From positions 72,113-136,112 of IMG/VR virus record IMGVR_UViG_3300032116_000032: a stretch of 64,000 nucleotides of DNA; one strand, 5' to 3'. Under the pieces are notes generated by a model that did not search any database, was not told the origin of the DNA, and saw nothing but the letters and a program-made list of their open reading frames with translations. Source of the stretch: a virus. Below are positions 54,796 to 62,784 of the stretch, in pieces. The translations under genes and the position numbers were made by a program. Each line of letters begins with the position of its first letter. Position 1 is the stretch's first letter.

Positions 54796-55647
54796 ATGAT
54801 AGAAACAGGAAAAATTATTAACGGAGATTGTATTGAGGTAATGAAAACTTTACCTGAAGGATCTGTGGATCTGATAGTTACATCTCCACCTTATGGGGTT
54901 GGTATTGACTATGATGTTCATGAAGATGACACGGAGTTCAACGAGTATGTTGAGTTTGCAAAGTCTTGGTTATCTGAGGCTTATCGACTATTAAAAGATG
55001 ATGGAAGAATAGCTCTGAACATTCCTTACGAAATTAATCGTCAGAAAAAAGGTGGTCGTATTTTCTTTGTGTCAGAGATGTGGCAGATTATGAAAGAAAT
55101 CGGTTTTGGTTTCTTTGGTATTGTGGATTTAGAAGAACAATCACCACATAGAAGTAAAACTACCGCTTGGGGATCTTGGATGAGCCCAAGTTCACCGTAC
55201 ATTTATAACCCAAAAGAATGTGTAATTTTGGCATACAAAAACAAACACATTAAAAAAATCAAAGGTCAACCACAATGGACTGGAGAATTAACTGAAATTG
55301 AAAATGAAGATGGTTCGAAAAGAAATAAAATGGTCTATGATGAGAATGATAAAAAAGAATTTATGGAACTTGTGTTTGGTCAGTGGAATTACTTTGCAGA
55401 TACTAAATCACTCACCAAGGCAACTTTCTCGATGGACATACCAACTAAAGCGATCAAGATATTATCCTACAAGAACGATGTAGTTTTAGATCCGTTTGCA
55501 GGATCAGGAACTAGTTTAGTGGCGGCTGAGATATTAAACAGAAGATGGTTGGGAATAGAATTATCACCAAATTATTGTGATGTTGCTCGAGGAAGAGTCC
55601 AAGCTTTTGTTGATGAAAAAACAAAAGTAAAAATTGAAAGTGAGTGA
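54796..55647 (+). CDS. DNA N4-cytosine/N6-adenine methyltransferase (beta class), orphan
   Basis: IINGDC, LIVTSPPY and VVLDPFAGSGT motifs in beta order. Confidence 0.9.
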   Translation: MIETGKIINGDCIEVMKTLPEGSVDLIVTSPPYGVGIDYDVHEDDTEFNEYVEFAKSWLSEAYRLLKDDGRIALNIPYEINRQKKGGRIFFVSEMWQIMKEIGFGFFGIVDLEEQSPHRSKTTAWGSWMSPSSPYIYNPKECVILAYKNKHIKKIKGQPQWTGELTEIENEDGSKRNKMVYDENDKKEFMELVFGQWNYFADTKSLTKATFSMDIPTKAIKILSYKNDVVLDPFAGSGTSLVAAEILNRRWLGIELSPNYCDVARGRVQAFVDEKTKVKIESE

Positions 55648-55654
55648 TATTTAT
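55647..55654 (+). promoter_or_regulatory. ATATTTAT upstream motif (putative late promoter)
   Basis: Exact motif 5 nt before the 55660 start. Confidence 0.5.
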
Positions 55655-55659
55655 ATGAT

Positions 55660-55848
55660 ATGAAAAACTATTTAATCAACGAGAAACAACTTAAGAGAAT
55701 TCTTGAACAAGTTGAGGATGAAGAAAACAAATCAGAAGATGATCAAACTAATGACGAAACTGTAAGTAGTGGTTTTTTTGACGACATCGTAAAAAAACCT
55801 TTGGACTCTAGTGATCCTTTGAAAATGTTTTTTGATTCCCTAAATTAA
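55660..55848 (+). CDS. small leader-bearing acidic protein
   Basis: MKNYLINEKQLKRILEQ. Confidence 0.55.
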   Translation: MKNYLINEKQLKRILEQVEDEENKSEDDQTNDETVSSGFFDDIVKKPLDSSDPLKMFFDSLN

Positions 55849-56184
55849 TTCAATCAGGTCATCTTCTTTAATATTGTATTTTTTACAAGTATTAGAAGGT
55901 AATTCTAAGATCATATCACCTTCACCGGAAAAGTGTTCACAATCATCAGAGTAACATGGTTTACAATTATGATGTATCTTTGTTATTTTATTACCATTTA
56001 TAAAAAGTATGTCTAAATGAATAATACAATCCTTCATCCAAAAAGAATGAGGTTCATTTTTCATTAAAAACAACATACCATCAAAAGTATCGTCGAATTT
56101 TTTATTCATCATACCTTGTTGAGTATCTTTATCAGTAAAAACAGTTTTTAAGTTAAAAAGATTATTATTTATTTTTGCCTTCAT
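55840..56184 (-). CDS. DUF192 (COG1430) family protein
   Basis: QQGMM...GMLF...FWMKDCIIHLDILFI...ILELPS. Confidence 0.8.
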   Translation of the reverse strand: MKAKINNNLFNLKTVFTDKDTQQGMMNKKFDDTFDGMLFLMKNEPHSFWMKDCIIHLDILFINGNKITKIHHNCKPCYSDDCEHFSGEGDMILELPSNTCKKYNIKEDDLIELI

Positions 56185-56196
56185 ATTTATAAATAT
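56183..56196. promoter_or_regulatory. palindromic double ATATTTAT motif between divergent genes
   Basis: ATATTTATAAATAT is a perfect palindrome presenting the motif on both strands. Confidence 0.5.
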
Positions 56197-56198
56197 CT

Positions 56199-56615
56199 AT
56201 GAAAAAGTTTAGAAAAAGTTCTGGTGTTATTTTAAAACATGGTGATGAAGTTTTACTTTGTAAACGATCACCAAAAGAAACTTTGCCAAATATTTGGTCT
56301 ATACCCGGTGGTGGAATAGAAAATGGTGAAACACCAGGTCAGGCGGCTATCAGAGAATTCCATGAGGAAACAAATATTGAAATAGGGACAGATTTGGATC
56401 TTGTTGGTATGATTGATAACTTCAATGACGACGGTACTAAAAGAGGTATGATGTTTGTTTTTTTACAAAACATTAAAGAAAAAAAAGATCCTGAACTTTC
56501 TAAAGCATCACATGGACATGAACATACGTCTTGTAAATATTTCAAATCAGAAGATATTCCTGAACAGAAAGGAAATGAACAACTTTACAAAATTTTAAAA
56601 AAAGTTTTAAAATAG
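56199..56615 (+). CDS. NUDIX hydrolase
   Basis: Nudix box GGGIENGETPGQAAIREFHEETN. Confidence 0.92.
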   Translation: MKKFRKSSGVILKHGDEVLLCKRSPKETLPNIWSIPGGGIENGETPGQAAIREFHEETNIEIGTDLDLVGMIDNFNDDGTKRGMMFVFLQNIKEKKDPELSKASHGHEHTSCKYFKSEDIPEQKGNEQLYKILKKVLK

Positions 56616-56638
56616 GAGATTAAAACAAAAATTTTTAT

Positions 56639-56646
56639 TATATTTG
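56639..56646 (+). promoter_or_regulatory. Bacteroidota-type -7 promoter element TAnnTTTG
   Basis: TATATTTG 15 nt before the 56662 start. Confidence 0.55.
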
Positions 56647-56661
56647 TAGAAATAATTACAG

Positions 56662-56937
56662 ATGATAAAGACAACCCTAAACCATAACATCAAAATAATG
56701 AATGAAAAATTCGGAACTTTGCTTTCTGAATCATTCGTAGACCCAATCCAATTCAAGATCTTTCTGAAGATGGTAGACGGAGCTTTGAACTTAGGTGAGG
56801 ATTTATCTTACTTTGATGGTAACACTTTTTTGGTACATATTCCAAACAAGATACTTAAAGAATCTGTTATTTTAACAAACGCAACTGAGATTAGTTTGGT
56901 AGAACAAGTTAGAAACAAAATTGAAAGTTTAGTATGA
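56662..56937 (+). CDS. hypothetical protein
   Basis: 91-aa ORF. Confidence 0.55.
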   Translation: MIKTTLNHNIKIMNEKFGTLLSESFVDPIQFKIFLKMVDGALNLGEDLSYFDGNTFLVHIPNKILKESVILTNATEISLVEQVRNKIESLV

Positions 56938-57371
56938 TGAAGTCATTTGTGGTTTTTTTATTAAGTAACATTTTATTAACTTCTTGTATTAAAGAAGATA
57001 TTAAACCTCAACAACCTTTAGGTCCTCAACCTATAATTACTGACACTATATTAGTTGATTCTACACTAACATTGGCCGGACAAACTTGGGTAATCAAAAA
57101 AGTTTTGAATACTGATTTTGATGATGACTTAAGATCTGACACTTTAATTTTTATTGATGTTGATGACTATACTTTTAACGGGTATCCATCTAAATATAGA
57201 TTAACAACAACATCAACTACATACAATTTAACATTATATGATACACCTTGGGGTAGCATTAGTGGAAATTTAATAAACTATAATATTGTTTCAGGTACAA
57301 TAGAAAACAAACCTTTCAATGATATACTCGGTATATACGGAGAGACAAAAATATGGATGTATAGATTATAG
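56934..57371 (+). CDS. lipoprotein (lipocalin-like candidate)
   Basis: Signal II with lipobox LLTSC; LAGQTWVI. Confidence 0.65.
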   Translation: MMKSFVVFLLSNILLTSCIKEDIKPQQPLGPQPIITDTILVDSTLTLAGQTWVIKKVLNTDFDDDLRSDTLIFIDVDDYTFNGYPSKYRLTTTSTTYNLTLYDTPWGSISGNLINYNIVSGTIENKPFNDILGIYGETKIWMYRL

Positions 57372-57432
57372 TTTCCTTGTTTTATAAAAATAAGGTGGTG
57401 GAGAAGCTGGCATTCAATGTCGGCCCTGAAAT

Positions 57433-57460
57433 AAAAGGTGGGATTAACTCACCTTTTTTT
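57433..57460 (+). terminator. intrinsic terminator
   Basis: AAAAGGTGGG-ATTAA-CTCACCTTTT followed by T-tract. Confidence 0.75.
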
Positions 57461-57469
57461 ATTTTTCAT

Positions 57470-57477
57470 ATATTTAT
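57470..57477 (+). promoter_or_regulatory. ATATTTAT upstream motif (putative late promoter)
   Basis: Exact motif 17 nt before the 57495 ATG. Confidence 0.5.
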
Positions 57478-57494
57478 ATAATAAAAAATTCGAT

Positions 57495-58493
57495 ATGAAA
57501 AATAAATTTATTTTAACAGAAGAAGAATCTAAAAGAATTCTTTCTTTACACAAACAAAAAATTCAAGAAGAAAGAAATCAATTTAATGAACAAGAAGAAG
57601 ATCTTGATGAGGGGGATAAAGGACAATCGACTGGTAGAGTTGCCGCAGGTGGTGGTATTGGTGCAACAGCAGGTGCAATTATAGGATGTATTGCTGCCGC
57701 AATCCCAACAGGGGGATTAGCTTGTGCTGGTGGTGCCGCGTTAGGTGCGTCAATTGGTACTGCTGTAGGTGGTTTTGGTGGATGGCTTACAACTGGGGGT
57801 GGTTACTACGATAAAGTATTAAACGCACTAAAATGGTGTAATGCACATCGTGGAAAAATTGGTACCCCTGTAAATAGTGATAGTGTAATTAGGGATATTG
57901 CTGATGACATTGCTGGTGCGGTTGAAGGATTTGCTAGAACTGATGAAACTATGATAGCCAGATCTTTAAGAAAATTAAAAAGTATTCCTGATTTATGTCG
58001 TTTAAATGACATTTACAGAAAAAGAAACACAGAGAGTTTATTAAATGCTATTGATGGTGACATCGATCAAGATGGTGAATGGCGTGATTATGTTTGGAGA
58101 CCAATAGAAGAACTTTTTGAATATAGTAAGAAAAAATCTAATGAAGCATTGAAAGAAAATGCCAAAAAATGTGGTTGGGGTTCTGACTTAGATGGGTATA
58201 AAAATTCAGGATGGCAGTGTCCTAAAGGGGGAAAAAAACCAAACCCAACCCCTAACCCAAACCCAACCCCTAACCCAACCCCTAACCCAATACCAAACCC
58301 AAGAAGAAAAAGATACTACTTCAATTATCAAGATGCGGTAAACGCATTGAATAGAAAAGGATGTCCTACTGGTGCTGGTGGTGAAGAGGGTAAAAAAGAT
58401 GATGGATTTGCCGATGATTGGAGAGTACCGCAACCTGATCAAAAAGTTGATCCTATAGTTTCATCTGACGATTTTTCAAATTGGTCTAAATAA
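57495..58493 (+). CDS. leader-bearing glycine-zipper protein with (PN/PT)n linker (start revised from 57438)
   Basis: MKNKFILTEEESKRILSLH leader; GGGIGATAGAIIGCIAAAIPTGGLACAGGAALGASIGTAVGG; PNPTPNPNPTPNP. Confidence 0.65.
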   Translation: MKNKFILTEEESKRILSLHKQKIQEERNQFNEQEEDLDEGDKGQSTGRVAAGGGIGATAGAIIGCIAAAIPTGGLACAGGAALGASIGTAVGGFGGWLTTGGGYYDKVLNALKWCNAHRGKIGTPVNSDSVIRDIADDIAGAVEGFARTDETMIARSLRKLKSIPDLCRLNDIYRKRNTESLLNAIDGDIDQDGEWRDYVWRPIEELFEYSKKKSNEALKENAKKCGWGSDLDGYKNSGWQCPKGGKKPNPTPNPNPTPNPTPNPIPNPRRKRYYFNYQDAVNALNRKGCPTGAGGEEGKKDDGFADDWRVPQPDQKVDPIVSSDDFSNWSK

Positions 58494-58509
58494 AAAAAAA
58501 CAAATAATT

Positions 58510-58734
58510 ATGAGCAAGATTAAATTAACAGAAAGTCAATACAACAAATTAAAAAATAATATTGTTGAATCCGCATTAATTACTGAGGCATCTAATACGA
58601 GAGAAGAAGTAATAACAATACAAAAAGCATTAAACAAATGTTTTAAAGCTGGTTTAGCTGAAGATGGAATTTGTGGAAAAAATACAAAATCCGCAATTGA
58701 AAGATATATAGGTATTCCGGTGTTTGAAGTTTAA
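58510..58734 (+). CDS. leader + peptidoglycan-binding (PG_binding_1-like) protein
   Basis: MSKIKLTESQYNKL leader; EVITIQKALN.....LAEDGICGKNTKSAI. Confidence 0.65.
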   Translation: MSKIKLTESQYNKLKNNIVESALITEASNTREEVITIQKALNKCFKAGLAEDGICGKNTKSAIERYIGIPVFEV

Positions 58735-58756
58735 GTTTAAAATTCTTAAATTATAC

Positions 58757-58782
58757 AAAAGGGAGTTTAACTCCCTTTTTTT
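58757..58782 (+). terminator. intrinsic terminator
   Basis: GGGAGT-TTA-ACTCCC flanked by A4 and T7. Confidence 0.75.
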
Positions 58783-58809
58783 ATGCAATTTTTTTCATAT
58801 CTTTACACT

Positions 58810-59229
58810 ATGGAAAAAGTATTATATATCGTTAGAGGAATACCGGGTAGTGGTAAATCAACATTTGCAAAAAGATTGGTAGGTGAAGATTTTTTAGTTT
58901 GTGAAGCGGACAAATACTTTATTAATCAAGAAAATGGTAAATACGAATTTGATATTTCTAAAATAAAAGATGCACATAAATGGTGTCAAAATATAGTAGA
59001 AAATTACATGAGAGATAGTATGATTAACGATCAGTATTATCCTGAAATTGCGGTATCAAATACCTTTACTCAAGAATGGGAGATGGAGCCTTACCTTGAG
59101 TTAGCGAAAACCTATGGATATAAAGTATTTTCAATTGTAGTTGAAAACAGACACGGGGGAATAAATCAACATGGAGTTCCTGAAGACAAATTAGAACAAA
59201 TGAAAAACCGTTTTGAAATAAAATTATGA
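58810..59229 (+). CDS. P-loop kinase (AAA_33, polynucleotide-kinase-like; start revised from 58783)
   Basis: YIVRGIPGSGKST, CEADKYF, VSNTF and HGVPED motifs. Confidence 0.8.
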   Translation: MEKVLYIVRGIPGSGKSTFAKRLVGEDFLVCEADKYFINQENGKYEFDISKIKDAHKWCQNIVENYMRDSMINDQYYPEIAVSNTFTQEWEMEPYLELAKTYGYKVFSIVVENRHGGINQHGVPEDKLEQMKNRFEIKL

Positions 59230-59882
59230 CAAAATTTGATAAATTACTAACATCTGGTATTGTTTGGATTACATCTGACACGCACTACCACCATAAAAAT
59301 ATCTGTCGAGGTGTTACCAATTGGAGAACACAAGATGGTAAAATTCCTATTGACCAAACAAGGAATTTTAAAGATTTGGATGAGATGGATTCGGTTATTA
59401 TTAACAATATCAATCAAAAAGTTGGACCAAATGATACTTTAATTCATTTAGGTGATGTTGCTTTTGGTGGATTTGAAAAAATAGGTGAGTTTTTAGATCG
59501 TCTTGTTTGTAAAAATGTCCATCTTGTTTTAGGTAATCACGATCAACACATAACAAAGAATAGAGAAAATATAAGAGACAGGTTTTTATCTGTTTCTAAC
59601 TATTTGGAAGTAAGTATAGATGATGTTAATTTTGTTTTATGTCACTATCCATATGCTAGTTGGAATAAGTTGGGTAAAGGATCAATTCATCTTCACGGAC
59701 ACATTCATTTCTCGGCTAAAGATAAATGGGGTAAAGGAAAACGATTGGATGTTGGTATGGATGGTAATGGATATTTTCCATATAAAATTACTGAGATAGT
59801 TCATATGATGGACCGTCGTCAGATTAGATCTGAAATGGATTTGGATCACCACCTTGATGATTTAGTTGGAGTTGTGGGATAA
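59226..59882 (+). CDS. calcineurin-like metallophosphoesterase
   Basis: ITSDTHYHH, IHLGDV, VLGNHD, LCHYP and HLHGHIH motifs. Confidence 0.88.
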   Translation: MTKFDKLLTSGIVWITSDTHYHHKNICRGVTNWRTQDGKIPIDQTRNFKDLDEMDSVIINNINQKVGPNDTLIHLGDVAFGGFEKIGEFLDRLVCKNVHLVLGNHDQHITKNRENIRDRFLSVSNYLEVSIDDVNFVLCHYPYASWNKLGKGSIHLHGHIHFSAKDKWGKGKRLDVGMDGNGYFPYKITEIVHMMDRRQIRSEMDLDHHLDDLVGVVG

Positions 59883-59896
59883 ACCATGACTCCAAT

Positions 59897-59904
59897 ATAT
59901 TTAT
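59897..59904 (+). promoter_or_regulatory. ATATTTAT upstream motif (putative late promoter)
   Basis: Exact motif 4 nt before the 59909 start. Confidence 0.5.
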
Positions 59905-59908
59905 TATT

Positions 59909-61159
59909 ATGAGAAGTATTATTATCACTGAAAACCAATTTAGATTTATAACTGAAGCTTTGGGGGTTCCTGATAACATTTTGGATGCTGCTAATATGTT
60001 ATATGATATTGTTGAAAAAGACATCAAATCAATAAATAGTATCGAAGATGAATATGAATTTGATGGTGATATCGAATTTGAATTAGGTGGTAAACATAAG
60101 GTAATGATTGACTCATATGAATTAAAAGTTAATATAGAAACTATTGATGGAGAAGAAGGTGTCTTAGACATTATCTCAATGGGAATGGCGGGAGGTTTTG
60201 GATTTAATAGAGATGTCTATATGAAAGAAACTGAACCATCAACAACTTTAGAATTAACAATAACATTTGCTGTTGGTGAAAATTGGGAACCTGAAGGGTT
60301 AATTAGAAAAATGGAGGAAGAAAGGGACGAACACGTCGCATCATTGGCTCATGAGATTAAACACAAATACGACAAACAATCAAAAAAGTTTGGTTTAATT
60401 GGTCCTGATGCTACTTACCAAGCAACGCAAAGAAGAGGTCATTTTGGAATACCTGCGATTGATAGAGTTTTCTTCAGGTTTATGTATTATATCCACGGTA
60501 TTGAAAACCTTGTAAGACCTGTTGAGGTTGCATCTTCAATGAAATCAAAAAATATTACAAAATCAAAGTTCTTAGATTTTTTACAAACCAATAGAGTGTT
60601 CAAAGAATTAGTCGAAATTAAGAATTTCACATTTGAAGATTTCATTAACCAATTAAAAGAAAATGAGGATAGATTAGATGCTCTTCTAAACCACATAGGA
60701 GAAGACCCATCTAATATGAATATTGACCAAAAGATTGACAGAGTGTTGGAAGTTGCTTATATTGATTTAGTGAATAACAGAATGGAAATGTTTGTTCGAA
60801 TGACGGAACATCATATGGATGATATGATAAAATTCGGATCACAACTTGGACTTTTACCATCAAATTTAAAAGATAAGGTTAAACAGTTAGAAAAAACAGA
60901 CGAGATTAGACGAAAGTTTTTATCTCAAACTATGAAATATGAAAAAAACCCAACCAAATTTTTTAAAGATGAAATTGAAAACTTCCAATACGTTGCAAAT
61001 AAAATGTTAAAGAAGATATCAAAACTATACGCCATGGCAAAAGACGACGAACAAGTAAGTGAATCAATTCTAAATTGGGATCTTCACCAACAAATTATGG
61101 AAAAAAAGTATGGTAAAAGAAAAATCGAAACAAAATACAAAAATTGGAATTTTAAATAA
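59909..61159 (+). CDS. leader-bearing protein with HEXXH motif (putative zincin)
   Basis: MRSIIITENQFRFITEA leader; SLAHEIKHKYD. Confidence 0.55.
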   Translation: MRSIIITENQFRFITEALGVPDNILDAANMLYDIVEKDIKSINSIEDEYEFDGDIEFELGGKHKVMIDSYELKVNIETIDGEEGVLDIISMGMAGGFGFNRDVYMKETEPSTTLELTITFAVGENWEPEGLIRKMEEERDEHVASLAHEIKHKYDKQSKKFGLIGPDATYQATQRRGHFGIPAIDRVFFRFMYYIHGIENLVRPVEVASSMKSKNITKSKFLDFLQTNRVFKELVEIKNFTFEDFINQLKENEDRLDALLNHIGEDPSNMNIDQKIDRVLEVAYIDLVNNRMEMFVRMTEHHMDDMIKFGSQLGLLPSNLKDKVKQLEKTDEIRRKFLSQTMKYEKNPTKFFKDEIENFQYVANKMLKKISKLYAMAKDDEQVSESILNWDLHQQIMEKKYGKRKIETKYKNWNFK

Positions 61160-61526
61160 AATAATAGTTTTAATATCACTTATATCTTTATCTTTTATTT
61201 TAACCACCCCTGAATATAAAGGTTTAGCAACTTACTACGGTCAACATTGGACAGGGAGATTGACCTCATCAGGTGAGAGGTTTCATGCGGATAGCCTAAC
61301 CGCAGCTCACAAGTACTTCAAATTTGGGACCGTACTTAAAGTTGTGAATCATCATAACGATTCGGTTTGTTATGTTAAAGTTAATGACCGACTACCCAAA
61401 AGTTCTAAATTCATAATTGATCTTAGTTATGGAACCGCGAAAAAACTTAATTTTCTAAAACGAGGAGTTATAAATGTAACCCTGATTCCCGTAGATACGG
61501 TAGATATAATAAAATCCTCAAAATAA
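61110..61526 (+). CDS. RlpA-like DPBB lytic transglycosylase (start uncertain)
   Basis: GLATYYG, GRLTSSGERF, LTAAH, FGTVLKV, VKVNDR and IIDLSY motifs; N-terminal hydrophobic segment. Confidence 0.85.
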   Translation: MVKEKSKQNTKIGILNKIIVLISLISLSFILTTPEYKGLATYYGQHWTGRLTSSGERFHADSLTAAHKYFKFGTVLKVVNHHNDSVCYVKVNDRLPKSSKFIIDLSYGTAKKLNFLKRGVINVTLIPVDTVDIIKSSK

Positions 61527-61550
61527 TTTCCTATATCTAATTTTATTTCT

Positions 61551-61558
61551 TATCTTTG
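61551..61558 (+). promoter_or_regulatory. Bacteroidota-type -7 promoter element TAnnTTTG
   Basis: TATCTTTG heading a run of small genes. Confidence 0.55.
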
Positions 61559-61562
61559 TTCC

Positions 61563-61790
61563 ATGTGGACAACTAAAGAAACTAAAAGAGAGTATTGTGG
61601 ATTTGAAATCGTCAAGTATGAGGGTTCCAAAATGAAAGATACTTTTAGAAAAAAAGACCCACGAACATTTCAAAGTGGAGATAGTAAGTTCACCAAATGG
61701 CATTCCTACGAAGTAACCATTGATGGTGTTAAATATGATTTTGACAAGTTGAAAGATGTTAAAGAATTTATTGATTCGAAGTTGAAATGA
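61563..61790 (+). CDS. hypothetical protein
   Basis: 75-aa ORF. Confidence 0.55.
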   Translation: MWTTKETKREYCGFEIVKYEGSKMKDTFRKKDPRTFQSGDSKFTKWHSYEVTIDGVKYDFDKLKDVKEFIDSKLK

Positions 61791-61978
61791 AAAAACCTTG
61801 TAAAGAATGCCCACACTTTATAAAAAATCGTCATAATGATATGATTGTTGATTTCGGTCGTAGGACTGGAAAAAGACACAATTGTCATATGACAGAAGGG
61901 GTAAAAGATTTGTGGAATGTTAAAAACGAAAAATTAGAATGTTATGGGTCAAAGAGAGATAATTTACGGAGTGTGTGA
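61787..61978 (+). CDS. small Cys/His-rich (metal-binding) protein
   Basis: PCKECPH...HNCHM...ECYG. Confidence 0.55.
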   Translation: MKKPCKECPHFIKNRHNDMIVDFGRRTGKRHNCHMTEGVKDLWNVKNEKLECYGSKRDNLRSV

Positions 61979-62165
61979 TAAGACAGGAAGTTGTGATTCC
62001 TATTTTGGATTCTTCAAAACAAAAGAAGACGCCGAGCACGAAGTACAAGTTCAAGCTGGTAGACTCAAAGAAGACTTGGGTTGGTTGGATATACAAATAC
62101 AATCTGATAGAGCCATAATGAATGGTAAATTGATGGTAGTAATTCATTCATATGTTCTTCGATGA
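61944..62165 (+). CDS. hypothetical protein
   Basis: 73-aa ORF. Confidence 0.5.
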   Translation: MGQREIIYGVCDKTGSCDSYFGFFKTKEDAEHEVQVQAGRLKEDLGWLDIQIQSDRAIMNGKLMVVIHSYVLR

Positions 62166-62425
62166 TTAAAAGATATTTGATTGTTTTCTTATCGGCACTT
62201 ATACTAGAGATTGGAAGTACATTCTACATTACTGTAGTTGCGGATAAGAACTATCTTGGAATGTTATTTTTTGCATTTATCGGACCATTTTTATCATTAC
62301 CTTTCGTGGGATTTATGGTTGAGTCAAAAACTTGGAAGGAGAGATTGAAATTAGCTTTATGTTCGGGGCTTGGATATTTGTTCGGGTCCGTTGTTGTGAT
62401 AATATTTTTAGAGTTAACTAAATGA
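62162..62425 (+). CDS. small membrane protein
   Basis: Three hydrophobic segments. Confidence 0.6.
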   Translation: MIKRYLIVFLSALILEIGSTFYITVVADKNYLGMLFFAFIGPFLSLPFVGFMVESKTWKERLKLALCSGLGYLFGSVVVIIFLELTK

Positions 62426-62784
62426 AAATAATAGAAACTAAATTCGGAACCTATATGGAAAGAGAAAATGATCCTACAAAATTGACTGGTGATAAGATCA
62501 AGGTTTTTGTAGAAAGATTGAAAAAAATTGGAATCGAGGTAAAACTTAAGGGTAACTACCCATGGGTTTATATTGATGAAATCTGTGGTATCAAAGTAAA
62601 AGAGAGATTTGAAGGAAATCATGGGTTTACTTTGATATTTCTACCTCCTAGACTTGATAGTCCTGTTTCTGAATTTACGGACATTACCGAGATCTTCAAA
62701 CTTATACGAAAGTATAGTAGAAAGGCTTTGTTAATTCAGATGATGAAAGACGATGAAAAAGATGGGATGTATGATGTTGAATGA
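62422..62784 (+). CDS. hypothetical protein
   Basis: 120-aa ORF. Confidence 0.55.
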   Translation: MKIIETKFGTYMERENDPTKLTGDKIKVFVERLKKIGIEVKLKGNYPWVYIDEICGIKVKERFEGNHGFTLIFLPPRLDSPVSEFTDITEIFKLIRKYSRKALLIQMMKDDEKDGMYDVE

